A stretch of DNA of 64,000 bases, from positions 1,504,001 through 1,568,000 of the forward strand of contig CAVZQN010000004.1 in the NCBI GenBank assembly GCA_963777505.1, given 5' to 3'. Below, piece after piece: positions 49,784 to 60,103 of the stretch. Position 1 is the stretch's first letter, and every line of letters starts with the position of its first letter. The notes beneath the pieces are model-generated. The model made no database searches and had not been told where the DNA came from. It saw only the letters and a program-made list of their open reading frames with translations. Made by a program: the position numbers and the translations under genes. Origin of the DNA: an uncultured bacterium (lineage in GTDB: Bacteria; Acidobacteriota; HRBIN11; JAKEFK01).

Positions 49784-51690
49784 AGAATTTTCACGTTATT
49801 AAGAGCCTGGAGCGGAATACATTATCCGAACTATTTCTAGGCCGCCATCTCCATGAAAATTATTTCGTAAAAATCAGGCTCTACGATCAGCTCAGCATTA
49901 CAAACGAAGAAGTTCGTGAAGCCATTCTTCAGCGTTTGCGTAATTCCTATCAAATGCGGCACCGAAATATTCTCGCCACGCTCGATTATGGTGTGGAAGG
50001 CCGATACATGTATCAGATCCAGGAGCACATGGATTACGGCACACTCGAAGATTTGATGGAGAAAACGACTACAATTCCGCCTGAGATTGCTGCGTTTATC
50101 CTTCAAGAAGTTTTGCGTGGTTTACAATACGCGCACAGCATCGGTATTTTTCACGGAATGTTGAATCCTGCCAAAGTACTGTTATCAAACAATGGTGTCG
50201 TTAAGATTGATGATTTTCAGTTCCTTGATCTGAAAAACACGTTCATAAAGCAGGTTCAAACGCGGATTAAACGAAAACAACAAATGTATCTGGCGCCTGA
50301 ACATTTATTAGGAAAGGAAGCGGACCATCGTTGTGATCTTTTTTCTTCTGGCGTCATCACTTACAAAATGCTTTCAGGTCAGCATCCATTTCTGGAAGAA
50401 AGATCAGAGTGGACCACAATGCAGATTACAGCTTGCAATGCAAAACTCCTGTTTGAGCTTGATCCTACTTTGCCGGCTGTTCTTGAAGAGTTAGTCGAAG
50501 GGATGATTGAAAAAGAATTAAGCAAACGTCTTCAGAATGCAGAAGATGCTCTTCACAAACTCGATGGTTATGTGGACCATTTTGGTGATGTCCGTTCGTA
50601 TGAAGTTCTTGCGAATTTCTTGAAGAAACCTGCTCAGTCGGTTGAACAGTTAAATATTCTTCGTTCGGAAGAATACATTCAGCAGGCTGAACAATTTCAG
50701 TTGCAAGAACAATGGGATCGGGCTTTGATCGCCTTATCGCGGGCTCAGTTTTTGAGGCCCAAAGAAAAAACAATTGATGCTGAGATTAAATCGGTTTGCA
50801 CGAGATTAGGCTACAATCAGGGTGATCAGTCCGATCCCAAAATTGTTCAACTCGAACAATCTCTGCGTGCCAATCCGGAAAATATTCAGATTTTGCAGCG
50901 TTTAGCAACACTTGCAAAATCACGCGGTGAATTAATTCAATGTGTAGGTTATTACAAACGGATCTTAAAAATTGCGCCGGGAGATACATTTGCGGCAACT
51001 CAAATCAGACAAATCCTACAAACGCAGGATAAGGATGCGGTTCTGTCGCCAAACGATGCGAAATGGGTTCGCTGGCAGGATTTTTACAGGCGCAAAGAGC
51101 GTCCGATTTGGCAGAATTGGAGCGCATTGCAGGGCAATTTTACACTTGCAGCAATGGTTCTGATGTTTGCTATAACAATCACCGGTCTTCATGTTCTTAA
51201 ACTGATTCCGAAAACATCCATAGCTTCGGCTATGACAATGCAAGTTCCATCGTATTCTTCTCAGGTTGTAGCGAATCAAAAAATTAATGGCATTTGTGAA
51301 CAGGCAATTGCGAATTATAAGCAGGGTGAAATTGAAGAAGCGATCGAAATTCTTTCGAAGACTCCGCTCATTCCAAAAGGGACTGCTGCAGCAAAAGCAA
51401 GATTACTGCTTGCCCGTTATTGGCTTGAATTGGATCATGATGAGGCAGCCATAAAAGCTCTTGAAGCGATCGATCTTCCAAGCGCAGATTTCCCTCAAAA
51501 AATAGCCGCCTACAGAATGAAAGCTGAAGCCTATCGCAGACAAAAGCGATATGGCCATGCTATCGATCAGTACATCAACATAAAAGCTTTGCCTGGACTC
51601 TCAATTTCGATGCGCGAAGAAGCCGATCGAAAGATTGAAGTATTGCAAAATGAAGCCGTGCCAGCTGCCCAATCCGACAGCCTCCCCTAA
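49774..51690 (+). CDS. Membrane pseudokinase with TPR repeats
   Basis: Kinase fold (HRNIL, YLAPE, DLFSSG) but no Gly loop, HRD>HGM, DFG>DFQ; TPRs on both sides of a TM helix. Confidence 0.8.
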   Translation: MQIKNFHVIKSLERNTLSELFLGRHLHENYFVKIRLYDQLSITNEEVREAILQRLRNSYQMRHRNILATLDYGVEGRYMYQIQEHMDYGTLEDLMEKTTTIPPEIAAFILQEVLRGLQYAHSIGIFHGMLNPAKVLLSNNGVVKIDDFQFLDLKNTFIKQVQTRIKRKQQMYLAPEHLLGKEADHRCDLFSSGVITYKMLSGQHPFLEERSEWTTMQITACNAKLLFELDPTLPAVLEELVEGMIEKELSKRLQNAEDALHKLDGYVDHFGDVRSYEVLANFLKKPAQSVEQLNILRSEEYIQQAEQFQLQEQWDRALIALSRAQFLRPKEKTIDAEIKSVCTRLGYNQGDQSDPKIVQLEQSLRANPENIQILQRLATLAKSRGELIQCVGYYKRILKIAPGDTFAATQIRQILQTQDKDAVLSPNDAKWVRWQDFYRRKERPIWQNWSALQGNFTLAAMVLMFAITITGLHVLKLIPKTSIASAMTMQVPSYSSQVVANQKINGICEQAIANYKQGEIEEAIEILSKTPLIPKGTAAAKARLLLARYWLELDHDEAAIKALEAIDLPSADFPQKIAAYRMKAEAYRRQKRYGHAIDQYINIKALPGLSISMREEADRKIEVLQNEAVPAAQSDSLP

Positions 51691-51752
51691 TTTTCTCTGT
51701 GCCTCCGCGGTTAAAATGTAATAAGATACCCACTTTACTTTTAGGAGGGCCA

Positions 51753-52892
51753 ATGGGTTTTTCAACTGATGCGATTCACGGCGGCCAGGAGCCAGATCCG
51801 GCTACTGGAGCAGTAACAGTTCCGATTTATCAAACCTCAACATTCGTTCAACAAGGCTTGGGCAAACATAAAGGCTTTGAATATGCCCGCACTTCAAATC
51901 CTACGCGTCTTGCACTGGAAAAAAATATCGCAGTACTCGAACATGGGTTCGCAGGATTTGGATTTTCATCGGGAATGGCGTCGATTACGACTGCGCTCCT
52001 TTTGCTAAGGTCCGGGGATCACGTAATTGTTACCGACAACGTATATGGCGGAACGTATCGCGTCTTTACGCAGGTGCTTTCCAACCTGGGCCTGGAATTC
52101 AGTTTTATTGATACTTCAAATCTTGAAAATATTCGAAATGAATCACGTCCGAATACCCGTATGGTATTTATAGAGACACCGACGAATCCGCTGCTGACGC
52201 TAACTGATCTACGGCTCACTGCCAGCTACTGCAAAGAAATGAATTTTTTGTTAGTGGTGGACAACACATTCATGAGTCCCTATTTTCAGCGGCCCATAAC
52301 ATTGGGAGCTGATATTGTTCTTCATAGCAGCACAAAATACTTAAACGGCCACAGTGATGGAGTCGGGGGTGTGATGGTTGTTGCAACTGAAGAATTGGCA
52401 GCGAAGATGGGATTCCTTCAAAATTCAGTCGGGGCAGTGCTCGCACCGTTTGAAGCATTTCTCGTTTTACGAGGCATTAAGACTCTCGCTCTTCGGATGG
52501 AAAAGCACAATGAAAATGCAGCCAGCATCGCCGAATACTTGCAGCATGTGAAGAAAGTACAACATGTTTACTATCCGGGATTATCGACGCATCCACAGCA
52601 TGAGCTGGCGCGGAAGCAATGTTCAGGATTTGGCGGGATGATTTCATTTGATGTTGGCAGTCTTGAGAAAGCAAAAACTGTTGCTGAGTCTGTAAGAATA
52701 TTTGCACTTGCAGAAAGTTTAGGTGGTGTGGAGTCGTTGATAGGACATCCTGTCACGATGACACATGCGAGTATTCCAAAAGACAAACGGCTTCAAATGG
52801 GATTAACAGATGGAATCGTCAGACTTTCTGTTGGTATTGAAGATGTGGAAGATTTGATTGGTGATCTTGGTTATGCTTTGGATCAGATATAG
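51753..52892 (+). CDS. Cystathionine gamma-synthase/lyase (PLP-dependent trans-sulfuration enzyme)
   Basis: PIYQTST, YARTSNPT, ETPTNP, DNTF, HSSTKYLNGHSD, AESLGGVESL; GGAGG SD. Confidence 0.93.
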   Translation: MGFSTDAIHGGQEPDPATGAVTVPIYQTSTFVQQGLGKHKGFEYARTSNPTRLALEKNIAVLEHGFAGFGFSSGMASITTALLLLRSGDHVIVTDNVYGGTYRVFTQVLSNLGLEFSFIDTSNLENIRNESRPNTRMVFIETPTNPLLTLTDLRLTASYCKEMNFLLVVDNTFMSPYFQRPITLGADIVLHSSTKYLNGHSDGVGGVMVVATEELAAKMGFLQNSVGAVLAPFEAFLVLRGIKTLALRMEKHNENAASIAEYLQHVKKVQHVYYPGLSTHPQHELARKQCSGFGGMISFDVGSLEKAKTVAESVRIFALAESLGGVESLIGHPVTMTHASIPKDKRLQMGLTDGIVRLSVGIEDVEDLIGDLGYALDQI

Positions 52893-52916
52893 GTACCGCC
52901 GTTCTACTTAGTACCC

Positions 52917-52950
52917 GCAGGGGAGCAGGGGTGCGGAGGAGCAGGGGAGC
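52917..52950. repeat. GCAGGGGA-type short tandem repeat
   Basis: GCAGGGGAGCAGGGGTGCGGAGGGAGCAGGGGAGC. Confidence 0.65.
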
Positions 52951-53023
52951 CTACCGCATCGCGTATGGCTCTCGCCTTTTTCTCGAGGAGAGTTTATAAT
53001 ACGAAAACGTAGCTGGAGATTTC

Positions 53024-54418
53024 ATGATCCGTTTTGGAACGGCTGGGTGGCGCGGCATTATTAGTGACGAATTTACATTCAGTAATGTTCGTCTTGTTTC
53101 ACAAGCAATTGCAAATTACATTTCGCGTGAACGTCCGCCAGGAAAGGGAGTCGTTATTGGGTATGACACCCGATTCTTATCCGAAAAATTTGCGCGTGAA
53201 TGTGCCCGCATCGTATCCAATAATCGGATCCCTGCGTATCTTGTTGACCGGGATGCGCCCACACCTGCGCTTGCTTCTGCGATTATGCGAAAAGAGGCGC
53301 AAGCCGGGATAAACTTCACTGCCAGTCATAATCCACCTGAATATAGCGGCTTAAAATTATCGACGCATAAAGGAGCTGCAGCACTTCCCGATGTAACAGA
53401 ACAGATTGAAAGAGAAATCCGCAAGCTTGAATCTCATCCGCCATCTTTTTATTACCTTGATGAAGCGTTGATCGAAGAATTTTCACCACAAGAAGCGTAC
53501 TTGAACCTTTTAAACAACACAGTGAAGTTTGATCGTCTCACTCCATCACTTAAGATCGCCGTGGATACTCTTTGGGGCACAGCTCGTGATTATTTAGAAC
53601 GGTATTTAATTGAAAGAGGTTGTGCGGTCGAAGTTCTTCATAATTTCAGAGATCCATATTTTGGAGGATATGGTCCGGAAGCATCGGATGAGAATCTACA
53701 GGAATTAAAATCGCTTGTTACATCCAAGCAGTTCCATCTCGGTGTTGCAACCGACGGTGACGCCGATCGGTTTGGCATTATTGATTCAGATGGAACGTAC
53801 ATAACTCCGAATGATACTCTCGCACTCCTTCTAGATTATCTGGTTCAGGATCGTAAGTGGAAAGGGAGTGTTGCTCGAAGTGTGGCAACAACTCATTTGA
53901 TTGACGCGATTGCAAAGAAGCACGGACTGCCGGTCCTTGTGACGCCTGTCGGATTCAAATATCTAGCTGAATTGTTCTTAGATCAAAAAATTATTCTAGG
54001 ATGTGAAGAGAGTGCAGGATTGTCTGTGCAAGGGCATCTACCTGAGAAAGATGGAATTTTAACGTGCCTTCTTGTTGCTGAAATGGTTGCGACACGGCAA
54101 GAGAGTTTACGCAGTCAGTTGGATCAACTTTTCCGTACATATGGTTATAGAGTGAACCAGCGAAAGAGTTACAAATTTTCGGAACAACTTGGAAAGCGCG
54201 TTCATGAACTGGCTGCACATCCTCCAAAAACGTTTAACGGAAAACAGGTCACTAATGTAAACACGATTGATGGTTTAAAGATGATCATGGAGGATGGGAG
54301 CTGGGTGCTTGCTCGGATTTCAGGCACCGAACAACTTGTGCGGGTTTATGCGGAAAGCGACAATCAGGAAGCACTTCAGCGATTAATGAAGAGTACTGAA
54401 GCGTTAATACATCAATGA
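53024..54418 (+). CDS. Phosphoglucomutase/phosphomannomutase
   Basis: FGTAGWRG, TASHNP, DGDADR, CEESAG, RISGTE. Confidence 0.93.
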   Translation: MIRFGTAGWRGIISDEFTFSNVRLVSQAIANYISRERPPGKGVVIGYDTRFLSEKFARECARIVSNNRIPAYLVDRDAPTPALASAIMRKEAQAGINFTASHNPPEYSGLKLSTHKGAAALPDVTEQIEREIRKLESHPPSFYYLDEALIEEFSPQEAYLNLLNNTVKFDRLTPSLKIAVDTLWGTARDYLERYLIERGCAVEVLHNFRDPYFGGYGPEASDENLQELKSLVTSKQFHLGVATDGDADRFGIIDSDGTYITPNDTLALLLDYLVQDRKWKGSVARSVATTHLIDAIAKKHGLPVLVTPVGFKYLAELFLDQKIILGCEESAGLSVQGHLPEKDGILTCLLVAEMVATRQESLRSQLDQLFRTYGYRVNQRKSYKFSEQLGKRVHELAAHPPKTFNGKQVTNVNTIDGLKMIMEDGSWVLARISGTEQLVRVYAESDNQEALQRLMKSTEALIHQ

Positions 54419-54726
54419 ACGAAATTAAGAAAAAGGAAAAACGGAAATTCCCTGGCTTACTTGTAATCTGCGCTGCAGTCGCTCTTTCATTTACATTAAG
54501 TTTCTTTTTTGGACAAAGCGGAATTATCCGTTTGCGTGAGCTGAATGCTGAGTATGACAGAGTGCTAATGGAGAATTACAGACTCGCTCTTGAAAATAAG
54601 AAGTCTGCAGATGAAATTAAGCGATTGAGACACGATCCTGCTCTCGTTGAAAAGATAGCACGCGAAGAACTGCAATACGTTTCCCCTCAAGATACAGTCC
54701 TCATCGTTCCCGAAGAGAAGAATTAA
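54415..54726 (+). CDS. ftsB: Septum formation initiator FtsB/DivIC family
   Basis: Short TM, coiled coil, EKIAREEL motif. Confidence 0.85.
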   Translation: MNEIKKKEKRKFPGLLVICAAVALSFTLSFFFGQSGIIRLRELNAEYDRVLMENYRLALENKKSADEIKRLRHDPALVEKIAREELQYVSPQDTVLIVPEEKN

Positions 54727-54754
54727 CCGCAAAGACGCAAAAGCAGAACTTTCC

Positions 54755-54783
54755 TTGACCTTGAGGTTAGTGATACCTATAAT
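54755..54783 (+). promoter_or_regulatory. Sigma-70 promoter of tRNA-Met
   Basis: TTGACC(54755)-17 bp-TATAAT(54778). Confidence 0.8.
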
Positions 54784-54794
54784 GGTTGTTTCAT

Positions 54795-54868
<74 letters not shown>

Positions 54869-54874
54869 TTGTTG

Positions 54875-54962
54875 GGCCGCAAGGAACCGCAAAGGCCGCA
54901 AAGTTTTCTTTGTGAAATTTGCAGTCCTTGCGGCCTTTTGCTTTAACCGCCAAGATGCAAAG
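54875..54962. repeat. Palindromic cluster of CCGCAAAG-family repeats
   Basis: GGCCGCAAGGAACCGCAAAGGCCGCAAAG...TTTGCAGTCCTTGCGGCC then TTAACCGCCAAGATGCAAAG. Confidence 0.7.
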
Positions 54963-55409
54963 ATGAACAATAAGACACTTCAAAAAACATCAACCACAAT
55001 CAACTTAATCTGGGCAGCATTATTCGGCTCCACATTCATTTATTTGATTATTGCCTTTATGCTCTCACGCAGTGGATGGAAGCCTGTCGCAGATCGTGGA
55101 CTCTACCTGACTTTGATGGGCGTTCTTATGGCCATCTCGTTAATTGATGTCATGTTTGTTTCCTGGTTAAAGAAGAAATCTTTTACTGAAGAAATTACAC
55201 CAATTGCGGTTGGAGAAGCTCAACGAAGGTTTATCGTTAGCCGAAGTGTTTTGCTTTTCGCGCTCTCTGAAGTTCCAGCTATTTTGGGTCTGGTAATCTT
55301 TTTTCTTTCAGGAAATCTGCTGATCCTACTCTCATTCTGGGGACTTTCGTTCATTTCCTTTCTAATCGCCCGACCCCCAGGCGATCTTCTTGATCACGCC
55401 GACCGTTAG
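54963..55409 (+). CDS. Four-TM hypothetical membrane protein
   Basis: 148 aa from ATG 54963; FALSEVPAILGLV; upstream ORF extension is repeat-derived. Confidence 0.7.
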   Translation: MNNKTLQKTSTTINLIWAALFGSTFIYLIIAFMLSRSGWKPVADRGLYLTLMGVLMAISLIDVMFVSWLKKKSFTEEITPIAVGEAQRRFIVSRSVLLFALSEVPAILGLVIFFLSGNLLILLSFWGLSFISFLIARPPGDLLDHADR

Positions 55410-55448
55410 TTTCGAGAGAAATTGTGAAATTAGTTCCTAGCGTCACCA

Positions 55449-55574
55449 GACTGTCGATTTGAGTTTTAAGATACTGCCGAGGAGCGGAGGAGCAGAAGTG
55501 CGGAGGACAATCGTTACCCCGCTCCCCTGCTCCTCAGCTCCCACTGCTCGCTTCTAAGGCTCAGATCGATAATC
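55449..55574. repeat. Long imperfect palindrome with GGAGCAG/CTGCTCC arms between convergent genes
   Basis: GACTGTCGATTTGAGTTTTAAGA pairs with TCTAAGGCTCAGATCGATAATC; inner GAGGAGCGGAGGAGCAG vs CCGCTCCCCTGCTCCTC. Confidence 0.65.
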
Positions 55575-55611
55575 TCGCGTCACCGCCGGGGGCTAGAGCT
55601 TTTGCTACTAC

Positions 55612-57375
55612 CTACCGCAGCAAAGAGAAGGATGGATCTGTGTAAACCGGTTTGCCCTTGAACAAAGTCAGAATTACTAATGCTTCTGAAATTTCAGAAG
55701 GTGGAACTTCAAAAACATTATTTGATAGAACAATTAAGTCCGCGGACTTTCCAGTTTCCAGACTTCCTGTTTCCTTTTCCCAAAAGTTTGCGTGAGCTCC
55801 ACCAATTGTGTAAGCAGCAATTGCTGTAGGTAGATCAAGACGTTCATCGGGAATGAATACTTCAGTGTCACTCTTTGCCCCTTCATAATTCATACGCGTC
55901 ACAGCTACTTCAATCCCTTCAAGTGGATTCACTGAAGAAACATTCCAATCACTTCCCATCGCCATCACAGCACCTGTATTGGCAACGCTTTTCATCGGAT
56001 AAATCCAGCGTGATCGATCAGGTCCCAATCTTGGAATTGTGAGATCGGTGATATACGCATCTGCGAACCCCCAAAGTGGCTGAAAGCAGGGAATAGCGCC
56101 AATCTTAGCAAATCGTGGAACGTCACCTGGGTCGATCAATTCAATATGCGCCAGAAGAGGGCGTGCATCACGGGGTCCATTCTGTTTGCGTGCGGATTCC
56201 AGGGCATTTAATGCAATCCGGACTGCACGGTCGCCAATCGCATGAAAATGGATCTGAAACTTTTCCTTATCCAATAGCTCAACAAAGGGGTTCAGTATTT
56301 CAGGTTCCCAGATCAACTTTCCAGTGTCGTCTCCTTTATCCAGATAGGGATGCAGCATTGCAGCTGTATGAGCTTCTATCACACCATCCTCAAAAATCTT
56401 GATAGAAGTTGGGGAAAAATTTTTAGTGCGGAAATCTTCGCGAAGCTTTTTAAAGGCGATCACCTGATCCAGAATTTTTTTCAAATCCCCATCTGGATCC
56501 GCAAGCATTGCGCCAGTGACTCTTGCATTAAGAATTCCACGCTTTTCGGCTTCGCTGTATGTCATGATCCCGCCTTGAATGAAATATTCGCCGGGTAAGA
56601 TATCTGCAGTCACAACTGCATCTTGATATCCAGTGATACCAAAGCGGTGCATTTCCTTTAAAGCTTTTTGAAGGCCTGTAAGGCTTTCTTCTAGTGTGGC
56701 TCTGGGAGCATGTTTTTGCACAAGATCGATTGCAGTTTCACGCAAAGTTCCGGTAGGCTCTCTATTTGCATTGCGTTCGATGCGTCCATCCTTTGGATCG
56801 GGAGTATCTTTGGTTACTCCCGAAACTTCCAACGCTTTTGAATTAGCCCATGCAGAATGACCATCTGCGCCAGTGATCAACGCCGGACGATCTGGTGCAA
56901 TTGCATCGAGCCATTCCTTTTGTGGATTCGCCTGCGGAAATGCCGGCAAGGCCCATCCACTTCCAAGAAGCCATGCGGCATCAGGAGTTGCTTTCGCACA
57001 TTCCGTTAACTTTGCCAGAATTTGCTCCTTGTTTTCCAACCCAAGGACATCACACCGATCCATACTTACGCCCGCTTCGACTGGATGAACATGTGAATCG
57101 ATGAATGACGGCATCACAAATTTTCCACGAAGATCAATGGATTGTGTGCTTTCGTCTAACCAGGGAGCTATGCCCGCATCTTCGCCAATGTAAATAATTT
57201 TCCCATCCTGTATTGCAATTGATTCAGCCCATGAACGCGAGGAATTCATCGTGTAAATTTTGCCATTTCGTAATGCAAGGTTGGCCTTTTTCTCAGCTTT
57301 GGGAGTGTCTTTCAAAGCTGCAGCGAATGATGCAAGGACTAAACAGGGCAGAAGCACCAACAACCACTTTTTCAT
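55612..57375 (-). CDS. Exported amidohydrolase (YtcJ/amidohydrolase-3 family)
   Basis: Signal peptide, DSHVH, DGHSAWANSKAL, HAIGDRA, GSDW, GSLETGKSAD. Confidence 0.92.
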   Translation of the reverse strand: MKKWLLVLLPCLVLASFAAALKDTPKAEKKANLALRNGKIYTMNSSRSWAESIAIQDGKIIYIGEDAGIAPWLDESTQSIDLRGKFVMPSFIDSHVHPVEAGVSMDRCDVLGLENKEQILAKLTECAKATPDAAWLLGSGWALPAFPQANPQKEWLDAIAPDRPALITGADGHSAWANSKALEVSGVTKDTPDPKDGRIERNANREPTGTLRETAIDLVQKHAPRATLEESLTGLQKALKEMHRFGITGYQDAVVTADILPGEYFIQGGIMTYSEAEKRGILNARVTGAMLADPDGDLKKILDQVIAFKKLREDFRTKNFSPTSIKIFEDGVIEAHTAAMLHPYLDKGDDTGKLIWEPEILNPFVELLDKEKFQIHFHAIGDRAVRIALNALESARKQNGPRDARPLLAHIELIDPGDVPRFAKIGAIPCFQPLWGFADAYITDLTIPRLGPDRSRWIYPMKSVANTGAVMAMGSDWNVSSVNPLEGIEVAVTRMNYEGAKSDTEVFIPDERLDLPTAIAAYTIGGAHANFWEKETGSLETGKSADLIVLSNNVFEVPPSEISEALVILTLFKGKPVYTDPSFSLLR

Positions 57376-57408
57376 AACGGCTCCTCTTTACGTCTCTGCG
57401 GTAAAAAG

Positions 57409-58137
57409 TTATTGAATAATTTTGCGAAGCATCAAGCCCCACCATGGGGCAAGCAATGCTTTGATTACGAGATCAAGAGCGATTCCTGTAATAGCAGCCC
57501 AGAAAAACGGACGTATTTCTGAATAATTGTAATCTCTTTTCACAATTTTACAGATGGTAGGTTCTGCAAGAATCACTCCCAGGATGACAAACGAAATAAC
57601 ACGAATCACTGACCAGGGGTGCCATCCCATCATTGAGGCGAGCAATGGATCAGAAGATGCAGCGATCAGCGATCCCACGTAATAACTCATGTAATTCATC
57701 AAGAATGCACCCATCAATAACGATAAGAAGCCGGCAGATAAAGCGGAAAGAACACAAAAAATAATGAGATGCACTAAATGCAGCGGAATAAATTTCGCAG
57801 GATTTCCTTCAGATCCTACTCCCGTACGGATCCACTGAAACATTTCTTGTTTGTATGTGGAACCATAAAAAATAGATGCGTTTGCGAGTTCCGGAAAATT
57901 CACAACAGCCCATGTCGTAATGACACCCATGCATAACGCCCAAAAAAGCATTGCGCCGAAGGCTCTCGGACGTCTTTCATCGACAAGAAGTTTATACATA
58001 ACCGGATATGGAATAAGAACATTCAATACCGGCAGCAAATATTGATTGGAAACCCAGAATCCGATTGCTGTAGATAAAACCGTCCCGATCAGCAAGTAGA
58101 AAAACAGAGCCGGCGAATAGACCAGCTTATTCAACAT
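57409..58137 (-). CDS. Multi-TM membrane protein (SpoIIM-like possible)
   Basis: 242 aa, 6-7 hydrophobic segments; overlaps the pfkB stop. Confidence 0.7.
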   Translation of the reverse strand: MLNKLVYSPALFFYLLIGTVLSTAIGFWVSNQYLLPVLNVLIPYPVMYKLLVDERRPRAFGAMLFWALCMGVITTWAVVNFPELANASIFYGSTYKQEMFQWIRTGVGSEGNPAKFIPLHLVHLIIFCVLSALSAGFLSLLMGAFLMNYMSYYVGSLIAASSDPLLASMMGWHPWSVIRVISFVILGVILAEPTICKIVKRDYNYSEIRPFFWAAITGIALDLVIKALLAPWWGLMLRKIIQ

Positions 58138-59056
58138 CCGTAGTACCAGAATGAAGGTGAGTCATTCTTAGAAACTCACGAAGACGAGTCTGCAGATTTT
58201 CGCGCGTGAGTTGTGCAAGCTTTTCCACGCTGAATCCTTCAACACAAAAAGAGGCAGCAATATTTCCAAACATCATCGCCTTTTGAATCGAAGGAAGATC
58301 AATCCGTTTTTGTGCTGCAAGGTAGCCAACAAATCCTCCGGCGAATGTATCGCCAGCGCCTGTGGGATCAATTACATTTTCAAGAGGGAATGCTGGAATT
58401 GCAAAAATCTCACCTTGCTGCGTAAAAAGAATTGCTCCATAGCCACCACGTTTTATCAATAACGAAAATTTCCCCATCTTTAAAACGCTTTTTGCGCCAC
58501 GAATTACATTGTGATCGCCACTCAACATTTGCGCTTCTTCTTCGGAAATAATGAAAAAATCCACCCGCTTTAATACTTTTTCAAGGTCCGGTCGCGCGTT
58601 TACGATCCATAGGTTCATCGTGTCACAGCAAACCAGTTCAGGTTTTTCAAGTTGATCCAGTACTTTGAGCTGCAAATCCGGATTGATGTTTGCAAGAAAT
58701 GCTACTGGAGTGTTGCGATAGGATTGCGGGAGTTCAGCTTTGAATTCTTCAAGTACATTTAATTGAGTTTCAATTGTGTGGCGAACGTTCATATTTTCTT
58801 CGTATTCGCCGGTCCATCGAAAAGTTCTACCTTCCGAACGTACAAGTCCCTCTATATTAATTCCTCGTTCTTCAAACAAGCGAATATATTGATTGGGAAA
58901 GTCCTTTCCAACAATAGCGACAAGATTTATCTTTGCGAATAAGTGTGCAGCCATTGCAAAAAATGTTGCTGAGCCTCCAAGTACCTCTGGCGCTTCAGCT
59001 AACGGAGTCTTGATTGAATCAAATGCAACGGTCCCAATGACAACAATCGAACTCAT
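58127..59056 (-). CDS. PfkB family carbohydrate/nucleoside kinase
   Basis: LGGSATF, DPTGAGDTFAGG. Confidence 0.92.
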   Translation of the reverse strand: MSSIVVIGTVAFDSIKTPLAEAPEVLGGSATFFAMAAHLFAKINLVAIVGKDFPNQYIRLFEERGINIEGLVRSEGRTFRWTGEYEENMNVRHTIETQLNVLEEFKAELPQSYRNTPVAFLANINPDLQLKVLDQLEKPELVCCDTMNLWIVNARPDLEKVLKRVDFFIISEEEAQMLSGDHNVIRGAKSVLKMGKFSLLIKRGGYGAILFTQQGEIFAIPAFPLENVIDPTGAGDTFAGGFVGYLAAQKRIDLPSIQKAMMFGNIAASFCVEGFSVEKLAQLTRENLQTRLREFLRMTHLHSGTTDVE

Positions 59057-59068
59057 AGTGCGTCTCCT

Positions 59069-59932
59069 TTATTTAACGTACTTTCCGACAATCAAATCCA
59101 GATCCTTCAGCGTCTTTTCCGAAACATGCACTTTCTCAGTAATTACACCGCTTGCAAGAGCTGTAGCGCATTCACACTCTCTGCTGATGGGAAAACCTTG
59201 AACGATCGTTCGCAAAATCGTTCGCGCGTTGTTAACGTTTTTCATCAGGGTCGCGATGACTGCATCGATTGTGACAACTTCTTCCGATTCATGCCAGCAA
59301 TCAAAGTCTGTCACAAGAGCCATTGTTGCGTAACAGATTTCTGCTTCGCGCGCGAGTTTTGCTTCAGGCATATTGGTCATTCCAATGATATCAACACCCC
59401 ACTGGCGATAGATTCGTGATTCACCCTTCGTGGAAAATTGAGGCCCTTCAATGCAAATATACGTGCCGCCTTTATGTGTCGTGACTCCGTTCGCGCGGCA
59501 GCTTTTTTCGATCAGCGATGCAAGATGCGGACAAACAGGATTTGCAAGGCCAACATGACCAACAATCCCATTGCCAAAGAATGTGCCGATACGGTGTTTC
59601 GTATTGTCATAAAACTGGTCCGGCACAACAAAATCCAGCGGCTTGATATGCTCTTTCATGCTTCCCACTGCGCTGACTGAAACGAGCCACTCAACCCCGA
59701 GTTTTTTGAAGCCATAAATATTGGCTCTGTAATTGATGTCCGTTGGTGTGATTCGATGACCCCGGCCATGCCTGGAAAGAAATGCAATCTTTTTGTCTCC
59801 AAGAATTCCTAGAATAAAGGCATCCGAAGGCTCACCAAACGGCGTGTTAATTCTTACCTCTTCGACGTCTTTCAATTCGTTCATCTGGTAAAGACCACTT
59901 CCTCCGATTACGCCTATTTTTACTTCAGTCAT
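59069..59932 (-). CDS. mtnP: S-methyl-5'-thioadenosine phosphorylase
   Basis: IGGSGLY, RHGRGH, EGPQFST, GMTNMPEAKLAREAE, VTDFDCW. Confidence 0.93.
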   Translation of the reverse strand: MTEVKIGVIGGSGLYQMNELKDVEEVRINTPFGEPSDAFILGILGDKKIAFLSRHGRGHRITPTDINYRANIYGFKKLGVEWLVSVSAVGSMKEHIKPLDFVVPDQFYDNTKHRIGTFFGNGIVGHVGLANPVCPHLASLIEKSCRANGVTTHKGGTYICIEGPQFSTKGESRIYRQWGVDIIGMTNMPEAKLAREAEICYATMALVTDFDCWHESEEVVTIDAVIATLMKNVNNARTILRTIVQGFPISRECECATALASGVITEKVHVSEKTLKDLDLIVGKYVK

Positions 59933-59990
59933 AGTGTGCCTCCACGACGTTTTTTAAGCGTTCCATCATAAAACGAATTGGATTTAAAAA

Positions 59991-60066
59991 GTAGGGGCGG
60001 GTCTAAGACCCGCCCGAATGGAATGTGCCAATAATATATACGGGCGGGTCTAAGACCCGCCCCTAC
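59991..60066. repeat. GTAG-type REP doublet
   Basis: GTAGGGGCGGGTCTAAGACCCGCCC...GGGCGGGTCTAAGACCCGCCCCTAC. Confidence 0.85.
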
Positions 60067-60103
60067 TATGCATTTTCCTCTCGAATAGCCTATACTTTGG
60101 AGT

